A stretch of DNA of 46,963 bases, filler included, from Catajapyx aquilonaris (Eukaryota), in the NCBI GenBank assembly GCA_000934665.2. It is 2 parts of 2 records of this genome, joined end to end, with 100 filler letters (N's around TTAATTAATTAA, not from the genome) between each part and the next. Parts side by side here need not be neighbours in the genome. Positions count along the whole stretch, not along the records: positions 23,541 to 46,963 come from JYFJ02005683.1; 1 more part is not named here. One strand, 5' to 3'. Below the pieces are notes generated by a model. It ran no database searches and was not told the DNA's origin. It saw only the letters and a program-made list of their open reading frames with translations. This document shows, in pieces, positions 34,481 through 46,963 of this stretch. The position numbers and the translations under genes are program-made. Numbering within the stretch: the stretch's first letter is position 1; the number at the start of each line of letters is the position of its first letter.

Positions 34481-35270
34481 GCCAGCATGTTTTTAGGGGT
34501 CACGAGGAAGTCCTGGAAAAGGGAATCAAAATAAAATAAAAAAGAGAAGAAAAAAACAAAGCTAAGTAGGAAAATTTTAGGGGGGAAACTCACATCAAAT
34601 CTGCGTAAGCATTGCACCGGGTTGAACATTTTGGTCATTAAAATTTTTATTTAAAAATCGGGATGGGTCATACGGGTCAGGAGAGGTCCAGAAAAGGTTG
34701 TCCATAGGGTTTTGTCGAATTAAGGTCGGGAATAATGCTCGATAATCAGGATAAACATTTTGTCCATAGGGTCGTACCATTCTTTATGAGCGGGACTGAC
34801 ATACTTACATTAATTGGATCAATGCCACTGCAGGCTGTACAAATTCTGTATAATTTTTTTGTATGCAATATTTTAATTTTTATTAATCTTTATAATTATA
34901 ATACCTTTCAATGTATTGACTATTCTTTGAACAATGCCTAAAATGACCGCTAATTCAAAATAAACATGCACTTTCTGTTATATACTTTTTTTAAATGGCA
35001 AAAGTTCAAAGTAATTATCATTTTAATGCATTTTAATTCCTTTGGGATCCTAGAAGACCCCACGTCACGGTTCCAGGGTTAAGGTAGGCTACTCATTTGT
35101 TAGTTAAGCTATCATGAATATTCAGCCAGAGATTCAGGCGATGCTGGAATGGGTTGGAAGTTATTATTTTAAACATGTTATTCAAATGTCATCAACTACA
35201 GACAGCATCCTACCTTGTAAACCTCCCCTACCCCCATGGACCAAGACTTTGTGAGTGAAATGTGAAACTA

Positions 35271-36169
35271 CGAGGGTCGGTCATGAAGTTCTAATTATTG
35301 CCTTTATAAAAAAGGGAATATCGTAATATATTATTTTTGCTGGTGGTAAAGCACACATCTTTGAACTCTTATCAGGTGCAAATAATCCCGCGCAGTAGTA
35401 ACGCGGAACGCTGCTACAGCGTCCAAACCAAAATGGTGCAGGAGATCGAGGTTCGCGCGGTGATTCAATTCCCACATTTGAAGGGGCACAAAACCAAAGC
35501 TGAGCTGAGCTGGTTTCCGTGTACGGAGGCAATGCCCCATCATACCACACAGTGGTAAGGTGGCACGACATTTCAAATGTGGACAAACAAGTCTGCAAGA
35601 TGAACCCAAAGAGGGCGACTAGCGACTGTCTCTCAGTGAAGAACCAGGAATTGTTAAAGACATGGAGGGCCTACTACTCACATACTGGGGTATAACTGTC
35701 GAAGTGATCATAGCAAAGGTTCACATCAGTCATTGGCCCGTATTAAACATCATCCACAATGAATTGCACATGACGAAAGTCGCCGCTCACTGGGTGCGCA
35801 ATTGCTCACCCCATTGCCAAAAACGAAAGGATGTGGCATCACAAATGTTGAAGCTGTGTCAGGCCGACCCAGGTGCCTTTTTTCAACGGCTGATCACTAT
35901 GAATGAGTGCTGGGTCTACCATTATGATCCGGAAACAAAGAAACAAAGCAAACAGTGGAAGCATATGGTGATTTTCGAGGTGAAGCACTAGCTGAACAGC
36001 CAGAAACAGGACTTCTACAACAAAGGTCTCCACCAGCTCATCCATTGATGGGAGAAGTGTGTAACTCTGGATGGGTCATATGTAGAGATGGACTAATTCC
36101 ACCACCAAATCTTGTGAAAGTAGCTCTCTTCTTTCTTGGTGATAATTAAAACTTTATGACCGACCCTCG
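35271..36169 (+). mobile_element. Internally deleted mariner element
   Basis: TA|cgagggtcggtcatgaagtt...aactttatgaccgaccctcg|TA; transposase remnants EVRAVIQF, KVAAHWV, FFQRLITMNECWVYHYDPETKKQSKQW, FYNKGLHQLIH*WEKCVTLDGSYVE; catalytic core deleted. Confidence 0.93.
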
Positions 36170-36189
36170 TAATAGCACAGACTTATGAC

Positions 36190-36973
36190 TAGAATCCGGA
36201 TTTTTAGGCACGAAAAAACCCCGAAATAGGCACAAAAAAAAACTCAAATACGCACACAAATTTTACTTATTTGGGCTTATGGAGGATACTGCTACAGGAA
36301 ATTTGAAAACCAGAATAATTTCATAGACCTCAAGTATGAACTATATAAGTGATCCAGGAAATCACGAAACTTGGGGAAAAGACACAGTGCAAGCAAGTAT
36401 CACTAACTTGCTCTGGACTCTCCTGCTTATAGCCAGTTTCCACAAGTTTGCACAATATGTTGCCAAATATTAGTCTAAATTTTCCTCTGATTGTTTAGAA
36501 AAATATTTGGCATATGGGTCACGGAAACATGATTTGTATTACTTCTGAACGATTTTGGCCCTTTCAGGAGCACAAAAAATACTCCGCAAAAAACCCAAAC
36601 ATGCCTCTGAAGGAGTAGGTCCGGAATAGGCCCAAAAAGTCCCCAAATTGCTTCAAAAAGTTCATAAACTATCCCAAAAAAGGCCAAATTGTCATGAAAA
36701 GTCACAAAAAGCCGGAATAGGCAAAATTGTTCTCAAAACAACGAAATAGGCCATTTTATGCACTATAAAACCAAGAGTGGAATTTTCGTCCCACTGATAG
36801 TTACTGCTAACTTAGCAGTACCAGTGTAGTCCATTGGCACTGCTAAGTTAGCAGTAACTAGCAGTGTGATGAAAATTCCACCCCTACATTTTCCACATCC
36901 TGCCCTTATGACACGGATAGATCTCTTCACAAAACTAAACTAAATAGGCATTTGCCTAAAAATCTGGACTCTA
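36190..36973. mobile_element. Non-autonomous hAT element related to 10055-10709
   Basis: TIR tagaatccggatttttaggca / tgcctaaaaatctggactcta; 8-bp TSD CTTATGAC at 36182-36189 and 36974-36981; aaataggc subterminal repeats. Confidence 0.9.
36777..36881. mobile_element. Second copy of the short palindromic element, nested in the hAT MITE
   Basis: gtggaattttcgtc..agttactgctaacttagcagt..actgctaagttagcagtaact..gaaaattccac. Confidence 0.8.
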
Positions 36974-37004
36974 CTTATGACTGAAGAGTTGTAAGTATTG
37001 GAAG

Positions 37005-37636
37005 TATGATTATAAATCTCATCAGCTTCAATCAGACAATGTTGGATGGTTTTTCATATGGCTTTATTTACTTCAAATGTATGAATGAACTGAGCTCAAC
37101 TACAGGTAATACTCCAATGACTGTAGCTTATCAGTTCAAATATGTCTGCAATCTTGTTGCATATTATGTGCCTGCTGCTCAGATATAGTGTAGAATCCTC
37201 CTCCCTCCTGCTGTGAGCCCACCTTTCCTGCTTCCTGTGAAAGGCCAAATCAGTTATTGCTTCCAACAATGATATCCGATAAACCACACAACACAAATTA
37301 TAGTTTCATGATGCACATTTGCACATATTCCTGCACCCAGCAGATATCTTATTATTGCCCATATAACAACAATTGTTGCAATTGCAGTTTTAACATTAAT
37401 TCTATAAACTTAATTATTCTGTTCATCTTTGGACCACAGGACAATTTTTTGTCCACCCACACATCACGGGAACAAATTGCACACTGGCTGTTTCCATGGA
37501 ATCACTTAAATATTCGTCTCTTTAAATGTTATCTTTTTTACTTGCGCAATGCCATTGAGATTTAATGTTATTCAATTAGATAGTAATTGATTAAGACTTT
37601 ATGATATAAACCTAGAATTTTTATAGATAAGAGCAG
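37005..37636 (-). pseudogene. Inverted, deleted duplicate of part of the 28102-32433 gene
   Basis: 37005-37173 matches the reverse complement of 32356-32527 (RHIICNKIADIFELISYSHWSIT versus RHIMRNKIADIFELISNSHWTIT); ~37195-37636 matches the reverse complement of ~28680-29185. Confidence 0.75.
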
Positions 37637-37637
37637 T

Positions 37638-37888
37638 TCTGGAGCCTCATGTAAAAACCATGTAACTCAAGATACTGGGTTTTTACTTGTAGGCCACAAT
37701 TGGACGGGTCTTTTCAAGCTCTATCCACTGGTACAAACCACGTCTCTCTAACTTGTTTTCCTGCAAAGTTATTCAAGTTTTTCAAGTATGATTTATGCAA
37801 GAACTAATGGCAGATCACGAACTTTGAGGTGCAATATCTCAAAATGGCCAAATCAGAGAGATACATGGTTTTTACATGAGGCTCCAGA
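37638..37888. mobile_element. MITE
   Basis: TIR tctggagcctcatgtaaaaaccatgta / tacatggtttttacatgaggctccaga. Confidence 0.85.
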
Positions 37889-38622
37889 GTTGAAGTAGTT
37901 CCTGGCTGTTATGGATGTAAAAACAATGGCTGATGGCTCAAATGTGTGCATGTGAGATATCATACCTTTCACATTTGCATGGTGTTAATTCTGTCACAAT
38001 GGTTTTTTGACTACTCCTTGTAGAAGTTCCTTGTAGCGACCATCCCTCTCCTTATACCACATCTGCTGATAATCATTCCTCAGTAGCATTCCGATTTCTG
38101 CAGGTGTCTATTTTTGAATAGAATTCCTACGTCACACCAATAGTTAAATAGGCCTACTCCTGCACAACAAAGGCATGTACTTACATTCATATAGCTAGGT
38201 GTAAACTTCGGTTGGGGAATTCCCCTGGGGCGGTCCTGATAGTAAGTTTTACCCTGGTTAGCTGCTGCAGGGGTCTGCAAAATTATAATGTGAAATCACA
38301 GTGAGACAGTCAGCATACACATACTGACCACCTACTCTCAAATACCACTTGGTCGAGACTAGTTCAGACTGGACTAATTCCAGGAGAGGTCATGTCTGTT
38401 AAGTCATATCAAGAGAGTCTTACCAGGTTGCGACCACAGCTGCATTGCACTGCCTGGGTAGTTTCCTTGACCATTTTATTATTATTTTTTTATTCCACAA
38501 AAAATTTTGCTTCCTGATCTTGGCCAAAAAGAATTGGAGTAAATAAATTGTGTTACCTAGTGATGTGAAGCAAGGGGTCTGTTAGCAGTGTTGCCAATGT
38601 TGGTTTGCAGTTTCTGCTTATG

Positions 38623-39391
38623 CAGTAAAATCTCAATATAACACTCCCGCATATAACACTATTCTGCATTTAACGCTCCTTTTTTCCTGTCCCTTGATCA
38701 GCTCTACATGGCCCAATTGTGCATTTTTCCACTTATAACACTTTCCCGCATATACCAATTGGTTTTTCTGGTCCCCAGCGACACTTATCCCGCATATAAT
38801 GTCAAAAGACACATTGTGTGTACTTAGAGGGTTTGAAGTTCACCCTGCTGGCTGAAGTTTGATTGAGTGAGTGATGTGGCAATGGCAGGGAGGCTCTCTG
38901 GGCTGACAGGCTTGGTGAGTCCTGGCAGAATGTGGCCTGAGACCCACTGGGGAGGGGGTGTGGGGGGACACGAATGCAGGCTGGCAGTATGGGAGCGATG
39001 AGCAATTAACAACAAGCGATGAATAACAGGGCATTCTTTTCCATACATACTTTGGATGTATGAGGCCTAAGTTGTGGGATGGTGTAAGGTGGTGAGCCTT
39101 GTGGCCAAGTTAAACATGCCAACGGTGCAGAGAGGTGGCTTAAGTGAACTAGCTATGACTCTGGTTAGTCACTATTGTTTTAGGTGCTTCAGGAGTCTAC
39201 GTGATACCCTACGTGGGCAGGTCAGGTCAGGTCAACGTGGTTTATAAGCATCCATATACATAGCAACAGAGTGAAGGCATTCATTTCTCGAGAAAAGGGT
39301 GAATTAAATCGCATTTCCCACACAGCGAATTCCCGCTTATAACTGTACTTTCGGGCGGTCCCTTGAAGAGCGTTATATCGAGATTTGACTG
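38623..39391. mobile_element. Tigger/pogo-like non-autonomous element
   Basis: cagtaaaatctcaatataac ... gttatatcgagatttgactg|TA; internal cccgcatataac repeats; left TA degraded. Confidence 0.65.
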
Positions 39392-42300
39392 TATATATCA
39401 GCAGTCTGTCTATGGTGGGGAACTGGGAATGGGTCATTATTTTAATTTTGTAATTTTTGAGGTGCAACAATGTCACAAATGACATCATGTATGCAGCAAC
39501 TAAACAACTAACATGCAACTAAAATGCAAGAGGCATGTCCCCTCTTGCTGCACTTTTGAGCAATTCCACGAAAATGTCAATATGACAGCCATGGAAAAAA
39601 ATTTATCGTAGGAGAAAACTTTCTCTGCACGTTCAAAGGGCATAGTCCAAATTTCATTGCAGTACACAGAGACTCGTTTCGTACATGTGTGAAGGTGTGG
39701 AGACAACGTACATATGCGACTCATTTTGCATGGGTGCACAAGCTCACTGAGGAAGCACACAAAGAAACGGTCGTCGCAATTTGCACATGCGACTTGCTGA
39801 AATGTATCCGCGCAGAATAGTTACCTATGATTATCACAGTGCAAATGTATATGCGGAAAAACTGGATTAAATATTTCCGGAGTTACATGGACCAATAATC
39901 AGTCACCCCTCCCTAGAACGGGTAACGTCCGTATCCGTAACGAGAACACGACAAAGTTCCTGTCACATGGAGGGTAAGTTGTCGATCGCCACCATTCTTC
40001 GTATCTAATTTTGGGTCATCAAGGGAAATGATATGATGACACAATTTCCTGAAATTAATGCCCATTAATGGGCTAATGTGCGTTGCGGACGTTAGCTGTT
40101 ACGTCCGTAACGGAACTTGCTCGATATCTAACTGCATCCAAAACGAATAAACGTGAACATGATCAAGACCACACAATGCCATCATATCATGCCAATTAAA
40201 ATGCGGCAATTAAATGCGGCAATTAAATCCAATTGGATGCAATTGTCTCACAACTTGAGCTAAAAGACCTGTGGGAAAACAACGTGCCATCTATTCCTAA
40301 GACGCGGGAGCTTCATTTCCTGGAAGCACGGAGCCCCGACAGGAGCAAGACCAAAGAATATTCAAGCAGTGACACTACACTAACACATTCATTTTACTGG
40401 AAGTAGGTTAATTTTTCAGTATATGTAATGCACACTTTTGTATGTCCACATTTTCATGTCATGCCAAGAGCTAATGATCATACCCTTTTTTGTGTCACAT
40501 TTTTGTATGTCATGCATATTTTAGCATGTCATGCACATTGTCTGAGCTTGCTGACATGATTGATGACGAATGTATGTTTTTGGTTTAAATTATGACCCTC
40601 CATTACAGTGTCCATTATTAGTAAAAAGAACATATACTGTAACCTGTTTCGTTTACCAAATCACATTAAAATATATACTGAGTTGATGCTGTTGTTTCAT
40701 ATTATATGTATGGCACGCACAGTACTCCGATTCGCCGTAACGCAGGAACATTTGTCCATTGTTGGCGAACTATGGCTGCAATTGCTCTACGAGTCAAGTC
40801 ATTATACGAACACACCGTTCTTGCAATGGACCCTGTAGAAGAAAGTTCCATAACCTTACATAATTCGCAGGAATTTCGTATACTTTAACCCCCCTCGCAT
40901 TAGGGTGTTCAAATCAGGTAACTTCCGTAATGAGCACAATAACGCGACTGTCCCTCTCGTGTGTATATGTAGGAGGTTGGTTCATGGTGTATATGAAAGC
41001 ACACATCCTTATTGTTCCTTTGGCCATACCCATTTCATCATAACTCGCATGCACCATTGTGGAAGCAGCCATCTTTCCCCCTTTGCACTTGCGATGATAA
41101 CGTCCGTAACGCTGGAATTGCTCTTTTGTCTTTTCAGTGTTAGAAGTTTCCAGCTTTTTAAATCATTTTGCTGGTGTTGGATTTTGATTGTGAGGGGACA
41201 TGGGAGAACTTGAGAAATCTTTGCAAACAAGTAGAGAACACACGGAGTCTGTGTGTGGATTACGCGAGGCAAAAAGGTAGCCACAAAATTTGAAGACGTG
41301 AAAAACTTCACAAGAAAAGCTAACAGTATTAAAGTCGTTGCAAAGAGGACACCTCTATACAGGGGGGCTGCAATTACAATGTCCATAATGGTTTGCAATT
41401 TTTGCAGCAAGCTCTTTATTTTTAAGAAAATTTCCCCACAGAACGTAACAATGAAAGGCTGGCTCAGTCTAACTGATTAGTTATGCTGGTTTAAATCAAG
41501 TCTATTGCTGTCCGAGATTGTCAGTTTCTCTTTCTTTTCTCAATCAGTCCCAATGCTTGCCCAAACTGTTGCACAACAAGTGTTACGAGCTTTGCAAGAA
41601 TGCAATGAATCTTGTTTTGCTCCAAACAATTGTCGCACCACAAAACCAGTTTTCAACTCCCACCAGCAATAGGTGGCGGCAATTCTGCTGTCAGTGTTTT
41701 GTACAGACTGCTACTTCCCTTGCGCCTCACCCAGCCATGCATTAAATCCATTATATTCATTAACACATTATTCCACGTTGGTCATTTGCATCATTAATGC
41801 CTAAATTGGGTAACATGCCAATTGTCGTAAATAGCTCAGTGTGAGTCAGTTGTGGCACACATTACCAGTTGTAGGTCAAAAGATACAACAATAGTAACCG
41901 CAACCCCACCAGCTTTTGCCTCCTCTTCGTGTGCTTTCATGGCAGTGTCTCTTGCGTTTGTTTCTGTCACATTCCTCTGGCCTCCTTTTTTTGCCCTTTT
42001 TTCCCCCTGCTAGAGGTGGAAGGTAAGTCCGACATAACGACACAGCAGCTAATATCAGCGGCACGTGTCTCGTTATGGCATGTCACCCTTTTCAGTGGGT
42101 GCTTCCCAGCAGTTCCCAGAGAGAGAGACTGCTTCCATTCACTTCTATTGAATCTTCTTTCTCACGCCAGGCGGAGCTGATACCCTCTCTACAACCCCAT
42201 ATCGTATCACAGACCGTAACGATCAAACAAAATTTTATTAGTTACAGCCTGGTTTCAGCTATTCACTTACCATCGCATTAGTTACTTGCATTCTATGCAT

Positions 42301-45300
42301 TATTGCCTTGACTTGAGACTGGTTTTGCAACCAAAAGCAGCAGGCTACGATGTGTCTACAAAGTAAGTTTGAACTGCCGGCGACCAAAAGTGTGCCAATT
42401 CGTCTGGAACTGATGTCGTCTGCTCTTGGTGTGGCTAATATCGTATGTATTTCCTGTCAGCAGTAGCAGTTGAGGCAGTAGCTGGTACGTTGTTCCCACG
42501 CCAGACGCGAGAAGAAAAATAATAATGGTGAAGGTATTAAATAGTGAAGGGCAGGGAGAGTAGCAGCAGGAGAAGGCTCTTCCGACGTCTTCTGGACCAG
42601 GGATTCCCCATGACGGCATGAATATTTGACAAGCTGGCTCAGATCTACGGATTTGGTGGGTGTCGCCAAGCCGCATGCTGGTGCAGGTGTGTATCATGCC
42701 AATTTTGGGAGATGTAGCGCAGGCCCTCAGCCTGTCAACAAATGACAACCATGGACTTGAAGCAATAATCATGCGCTTCCTCAATGCTTACTCTGGTGGA
42801 CTCTGAAAAGGTGATTGCCCATGTAGTAGCTAAACTATTACATGACTGTAAGTTGTCCAGGAGGTAGTATTATAAGCAAGACTGCAAGACATTTTTTTGG
42901 TCTCTCTTGGTGACACCGTTTCTTAAAGGCAAATCGCTAGAAAAACAAACAGATGTAGCATTGCTGAGTTTTTTCACACATTTTGAAGTTCAGTTGAGTC
43001 AGTGAGAGTGAAAAGTCCCAAGTTCTTGTCAATTTCATGAGAGAGGCAGAATAATACATTTTATGCTAAATGGATGGAAGCAGTTTATTCAAACTTACCT
43101 GTCAGTGTCCTACATAAGACTTTTAAAACTCCTACCAGCCCTTGCATTTCTAAACACAGTTGAAGGTCTACAACATTAACCCCTTGGCTATCAGATGTAG
43201 GCGCCGAGATTCGTTTATGTTCAACTTGCACATACTCTGACGATACGGACAAGATATTTTATACATAATAACAGTTATAGTTACACGGTCATGATGTACA
43301 CTATGAATATGTTTGGAACAATTTTCCACTTCTAGAAGTCGCAAAATTAATTTCCAAAAAGATTGTCGTAGCAACTCGAAATTAAATTACTACCGGCCAA
43401 CTGTTAGGCTGATTTAATTATGAAATACATTAAAGTATATGGAATACAAAAGTGGAATACATGGATACAATGGATTACATGGAGGAGGAAACCGAAACAA
43501 CTCCAAGAGGGCTTCGTGGGGAGGAGGTTACTACAAATGTGTGCTGTACAGTACCTACATGTCCGCCTAGCATAGTTTCAACGTGGATGAGTGTTGAATC
43601 GTCCGCTGCAACTGCCCTGCAAATTCCATGCATGTGTGATGGTCCCTTTCATGCTTTCCGAGGGGTCAGTGCAAGAAGGTCACAAGTCGTTTTCTTCCCT
43701 CACTGAGTTAGCTCGGTTTTGATTTACATGGTTCAGTTTTACTGTAGGCTACATTCCTCACGGAATTAAAGCAGCATGAAATGCATCTGATCAGATAGGT
43801 GTAGGTGGTGTAATTTGAGTGTGCATGTATTTCATTTCATGGTTTAATGTTTTTTGCACACATAAATGAAATGTGCTCAAGGTGTCAAGCAACCTGGAAA
43901 TATAAGGGATTTTTTTTTTTCCTTTGCTTTGCTAGACTCCTGATGCTGCATCACTTACAGTTAAGAAATGCTTTTACACATGTGCAATGTGTCATTAGAT
44001 AGACTATTGCATACATGTCTATAGAAAAAATTATTTTGCAGTTGAAAACGGACATGAAGTGATACCTATTTTTGCACATACAGCACCATGCTTAACAAAT
44101 CAGAGGTAATAAATTTGTGAAAATTCCCCTGTCTATACATAATTGTTAGTAGAGAGTTAGGTTTGTAGTGGCAGAGTAGGATGTCTGCATTATTCAAATA
44201 CAAGATTTTAGTATTTTGTCTGCACAAAATCTCAGAAAACAAATCCTTGTAAGAGTGCATATTTCCTAGATTCTTCTGTGAGGTCATGCATAAAAACAAA
44301 TGTCCTGTATTCCACCCATTTTCTGAGAAAATCCCAGATTTTCTGCTCTGAACGCCTTTATTTTTCCACTTACCACATATTTGATGGTATTATTGGCAAA
44401 GACAATCCCAAATATCACAGCTGGACCTTGCACCAAGGGATGTAGGCACATTTCATACTATTCCAGGGAATAACTGCCCTAGAAAATGTGATTAAGTTTG
44501 GGTGCCACTGTCCTTATTTCCCCCTCTTCCAAGTGTTGAATACTGTAACTTGAAATAACACCGCACACCTGTAATGCTGTACGTTACAATTTATTCAGCT
44601 CAGGGCATATACCTATACAACATTGATCATAAATGTGGCTATTGCAGAGGGCATAGTACAACACACTTTAATATTTGTGACCATATCTTCAAAACAACTT
44701 GCTTAAAAACATGTCACAGTACAAAAAAATACTGATTATACACATGGAGCTGCACATGATGTTGTGAATTTCAGGCTGAATAAGCACTTGAGATACATCC
44801 ACTGCTTCCATGACTTGGGATGTTTATAGCAGATTTGCAATTGAATTTGTGATATTGGGAGAACTCAATCATTTGTCAAAATAGTTCACGTGACAATTGC
44901 AAAGGAAGACTGGAAACGGATGACCATTTTGCATGCTTAATGCTTGATTAAACCACACGTGGCTTGCCTTCTAGGGTTAAAGGCATAATCATGTATGCAA
45001 TAATGCATTTTTCATCACAGATAGTTTTCTTTTTATGTAAAATTGGTGACTTTATTGGCATTTTAAAACTGAAGCTTTCCAGGTCCAAGGAAATGCTCAT
45101 CCTTTTAACATGCCTACAGACATTTCATTAGTCCTAGAATCACGTCACAATTAAGATATTGCACAATTTTCTTGCCTCATGCATTCATAAGTATGTACCT
45201 AAGTAAGTGAGGATTGGAACAGCCATCATAGTTCGTACAGTCAACTCGGGACAGATGACCCTCAGTTATAGCCAACTCTAAAGCCTGGTCCTGGTATACT

Positions 45301-46931
45301 GTACTTCCATATTTGGCCTGTGTATTTGGACATAGGATACTAATTTCCACACTCCCTTGAAGTCTCTTACATCCGGAGTAGCCAGTATTTTAAGAATTCT
45401 AACACCTGAGTCTGGAGATGAACTATGTGGTATTGTGCCATGCTACCCAAGTTCATGATCCACAGGCTCACAAGAGAAGCTGGAAACTACAAGAACATCA
45501 CTCAGACATCCTAAATTGGTGGGGCTGACCTGGATGGAGCAGCAGCATTCACTAAGGCTTGCAGTTCTTATGGTCCAGATGGAAGGTACCTACATCGTAG
45601 CCCCCTGAATCTTTATGACTTGCGCGCTTCCATAAATTGATAGAAGCACTACAAAAGCATGTCCAAACTTCGCTAATCTACACTGCAGTCTCTTGCAAAG
45701 GTCAGTCACTGTCAAAGAGCTGGTGACATGCAACAACTGCCCCATCAGGTGCACCAGTTATGCACAAACCACATCTAGCATTTTGAGTGAGGCAAGTGCA
45801 ACTACAGAGGCAATTTTCTCGTACGTGAATAGTATCCTCATTTGCATCTCAGTGTTCATCTCTAAAAATCAGGTGTTTGAATGAAGAAGAAAAAATACAT
45901 GCTGTGACTTCTGTTCCAATCCTCATATATCTCCTCTGAGTGCAAAAGGTAATGGCAATGGCAATGTACTACAGTACTTCCTGGGTGACACATTTGCCGG
46001 GTATACCACCACTGAGGTCCCAAGTTCGTTTCCCTAGTCGGACGGAGGATTTCCTCATGTGGAAATAATTTCGATGGGTCATGTCTGTCAGCAGCTTGAG
46101 TTTTATTGGGATTTAGGCATGAGTCAATGAAATGTGACATTTAGAGAAGGTCCCCTAGACGCTGCAAGCCTATTGTGGGGCACACAATTATTTCAATTAC
46201 TACTCCTGACTTTAAAATATTGTCAAGCTTCATTAGTTCTCTGCATGCAAAGTTGTTATTCTTTTTCATTCCTCCCACATGTATTTGAAGACCTCAGGGG
46301 AAGAACAATCAAGGTCCACCTCAGGTGAACCAGATATTCTAATTTTAAATTTCAAAGGCCCATAAGGTTCCATTGTATATCCCACTTTTGGGGCCTTCCA
46401 TAGTGACCTATGATCATTACTCCACATCCACAACCAAACCATCACATTCTACGCTAGTGAAAGTATCTTCTGAGATATGTAACTCATTTTTGACAAAAAG
46501 TGGACCTTGATAGTTCTTCCCCATGAGGTCTTCATTTAAAAACTCACTTTCAGTCATTGAGATTCTGGATTCTCACATCTATTTCACAAAATGGCATAGA
46601 AACTTTCAATGCCATGTAAGTAACAAGCTGCACAATACATTGTCAAGGGTGGGATTCTGAGAGGCAGCTTCTGGAGGAGTTAGGCCAGCAAATTCCACCC
46701 ACTGGGAAGTGACATGTACCCAAGGTTAGGGACACTGACAAGGGAAGTGTCTGTAGGGCCATCGGCCAATCGGCCCGAAAATGACACTTGGGGTAAATCG
46801 CAGGCCAGAAATTCATTGGTGAAAGTAAAAAGTCGCATTAGCCAAGCGTTTTCGAGATATGGGCGACTATAGGTGCCCGGCAAGCCTGCTCGGTGACAAT
46901 GGGGCGCATTCGGCAGAAGAAATCATAAACA

Positions 46932-46963
46932 GTCTTCGTGGCTCAGTCGGTAGCGCGTCCGCG
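46932..46963 (+). other. Start of a tRNA or tRNA-derived SINE, cut by the window end
   Basis: gtcttcgTGGCTCAGTCGGtagcgcg A-box/D-arm-like sequence. Confidence 0.4.

Noticed and set aside
41009..46883. Assorted 60-140-aa ORFs
   Set aside because: AT-rich or repeat-derived, with no motifs or consistent exon structure

Overview
Repeat-rich animal genomic DNA (intron-containing genes, tRNA-derived SINEs, mariner/hAT MITEs; gene content suggests an arthropod, possibly a crustacean, which is inference). The window is two pieces joined by an artificial N44-TTAATTAATTAA-N44 linker (23441-23540). The left piece holds: (i) a birth-and-death array of Tre1/Moody-like class A GPCRs built from a repeated two-gene A+B cassette, with two intact 5-exon, 359-aa genes plus several pseudogenes/fragments and one inverted unit; (ii) embedded in that array on the opposite strand, a 4-exon gene (5534-8838) whose four ORF-track pieces splice in frame via canonical GT-AG introns into one ~1018-aa protein with ~10 ankyrin repeats, a PERK-like eIF2-alpha kinase domain and ~10 more ankyrin repeats, lacking the luminal/TM, dsRBM, heme-binding or HisRS sensor modules of known eIF2-alpha kinases (the most notable item); (iii) two orphan ADAMTSL/madd-4-like exons, CRIPT, and a CRE/ETS promoter with a first exon. 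The right piece is mostly transposon debris around two exons of an unrecognised protein-coding gene that has a degraded inverted copy. Exon models were derived by hand from splice signals and frame continuity; no database search or expression data were available.
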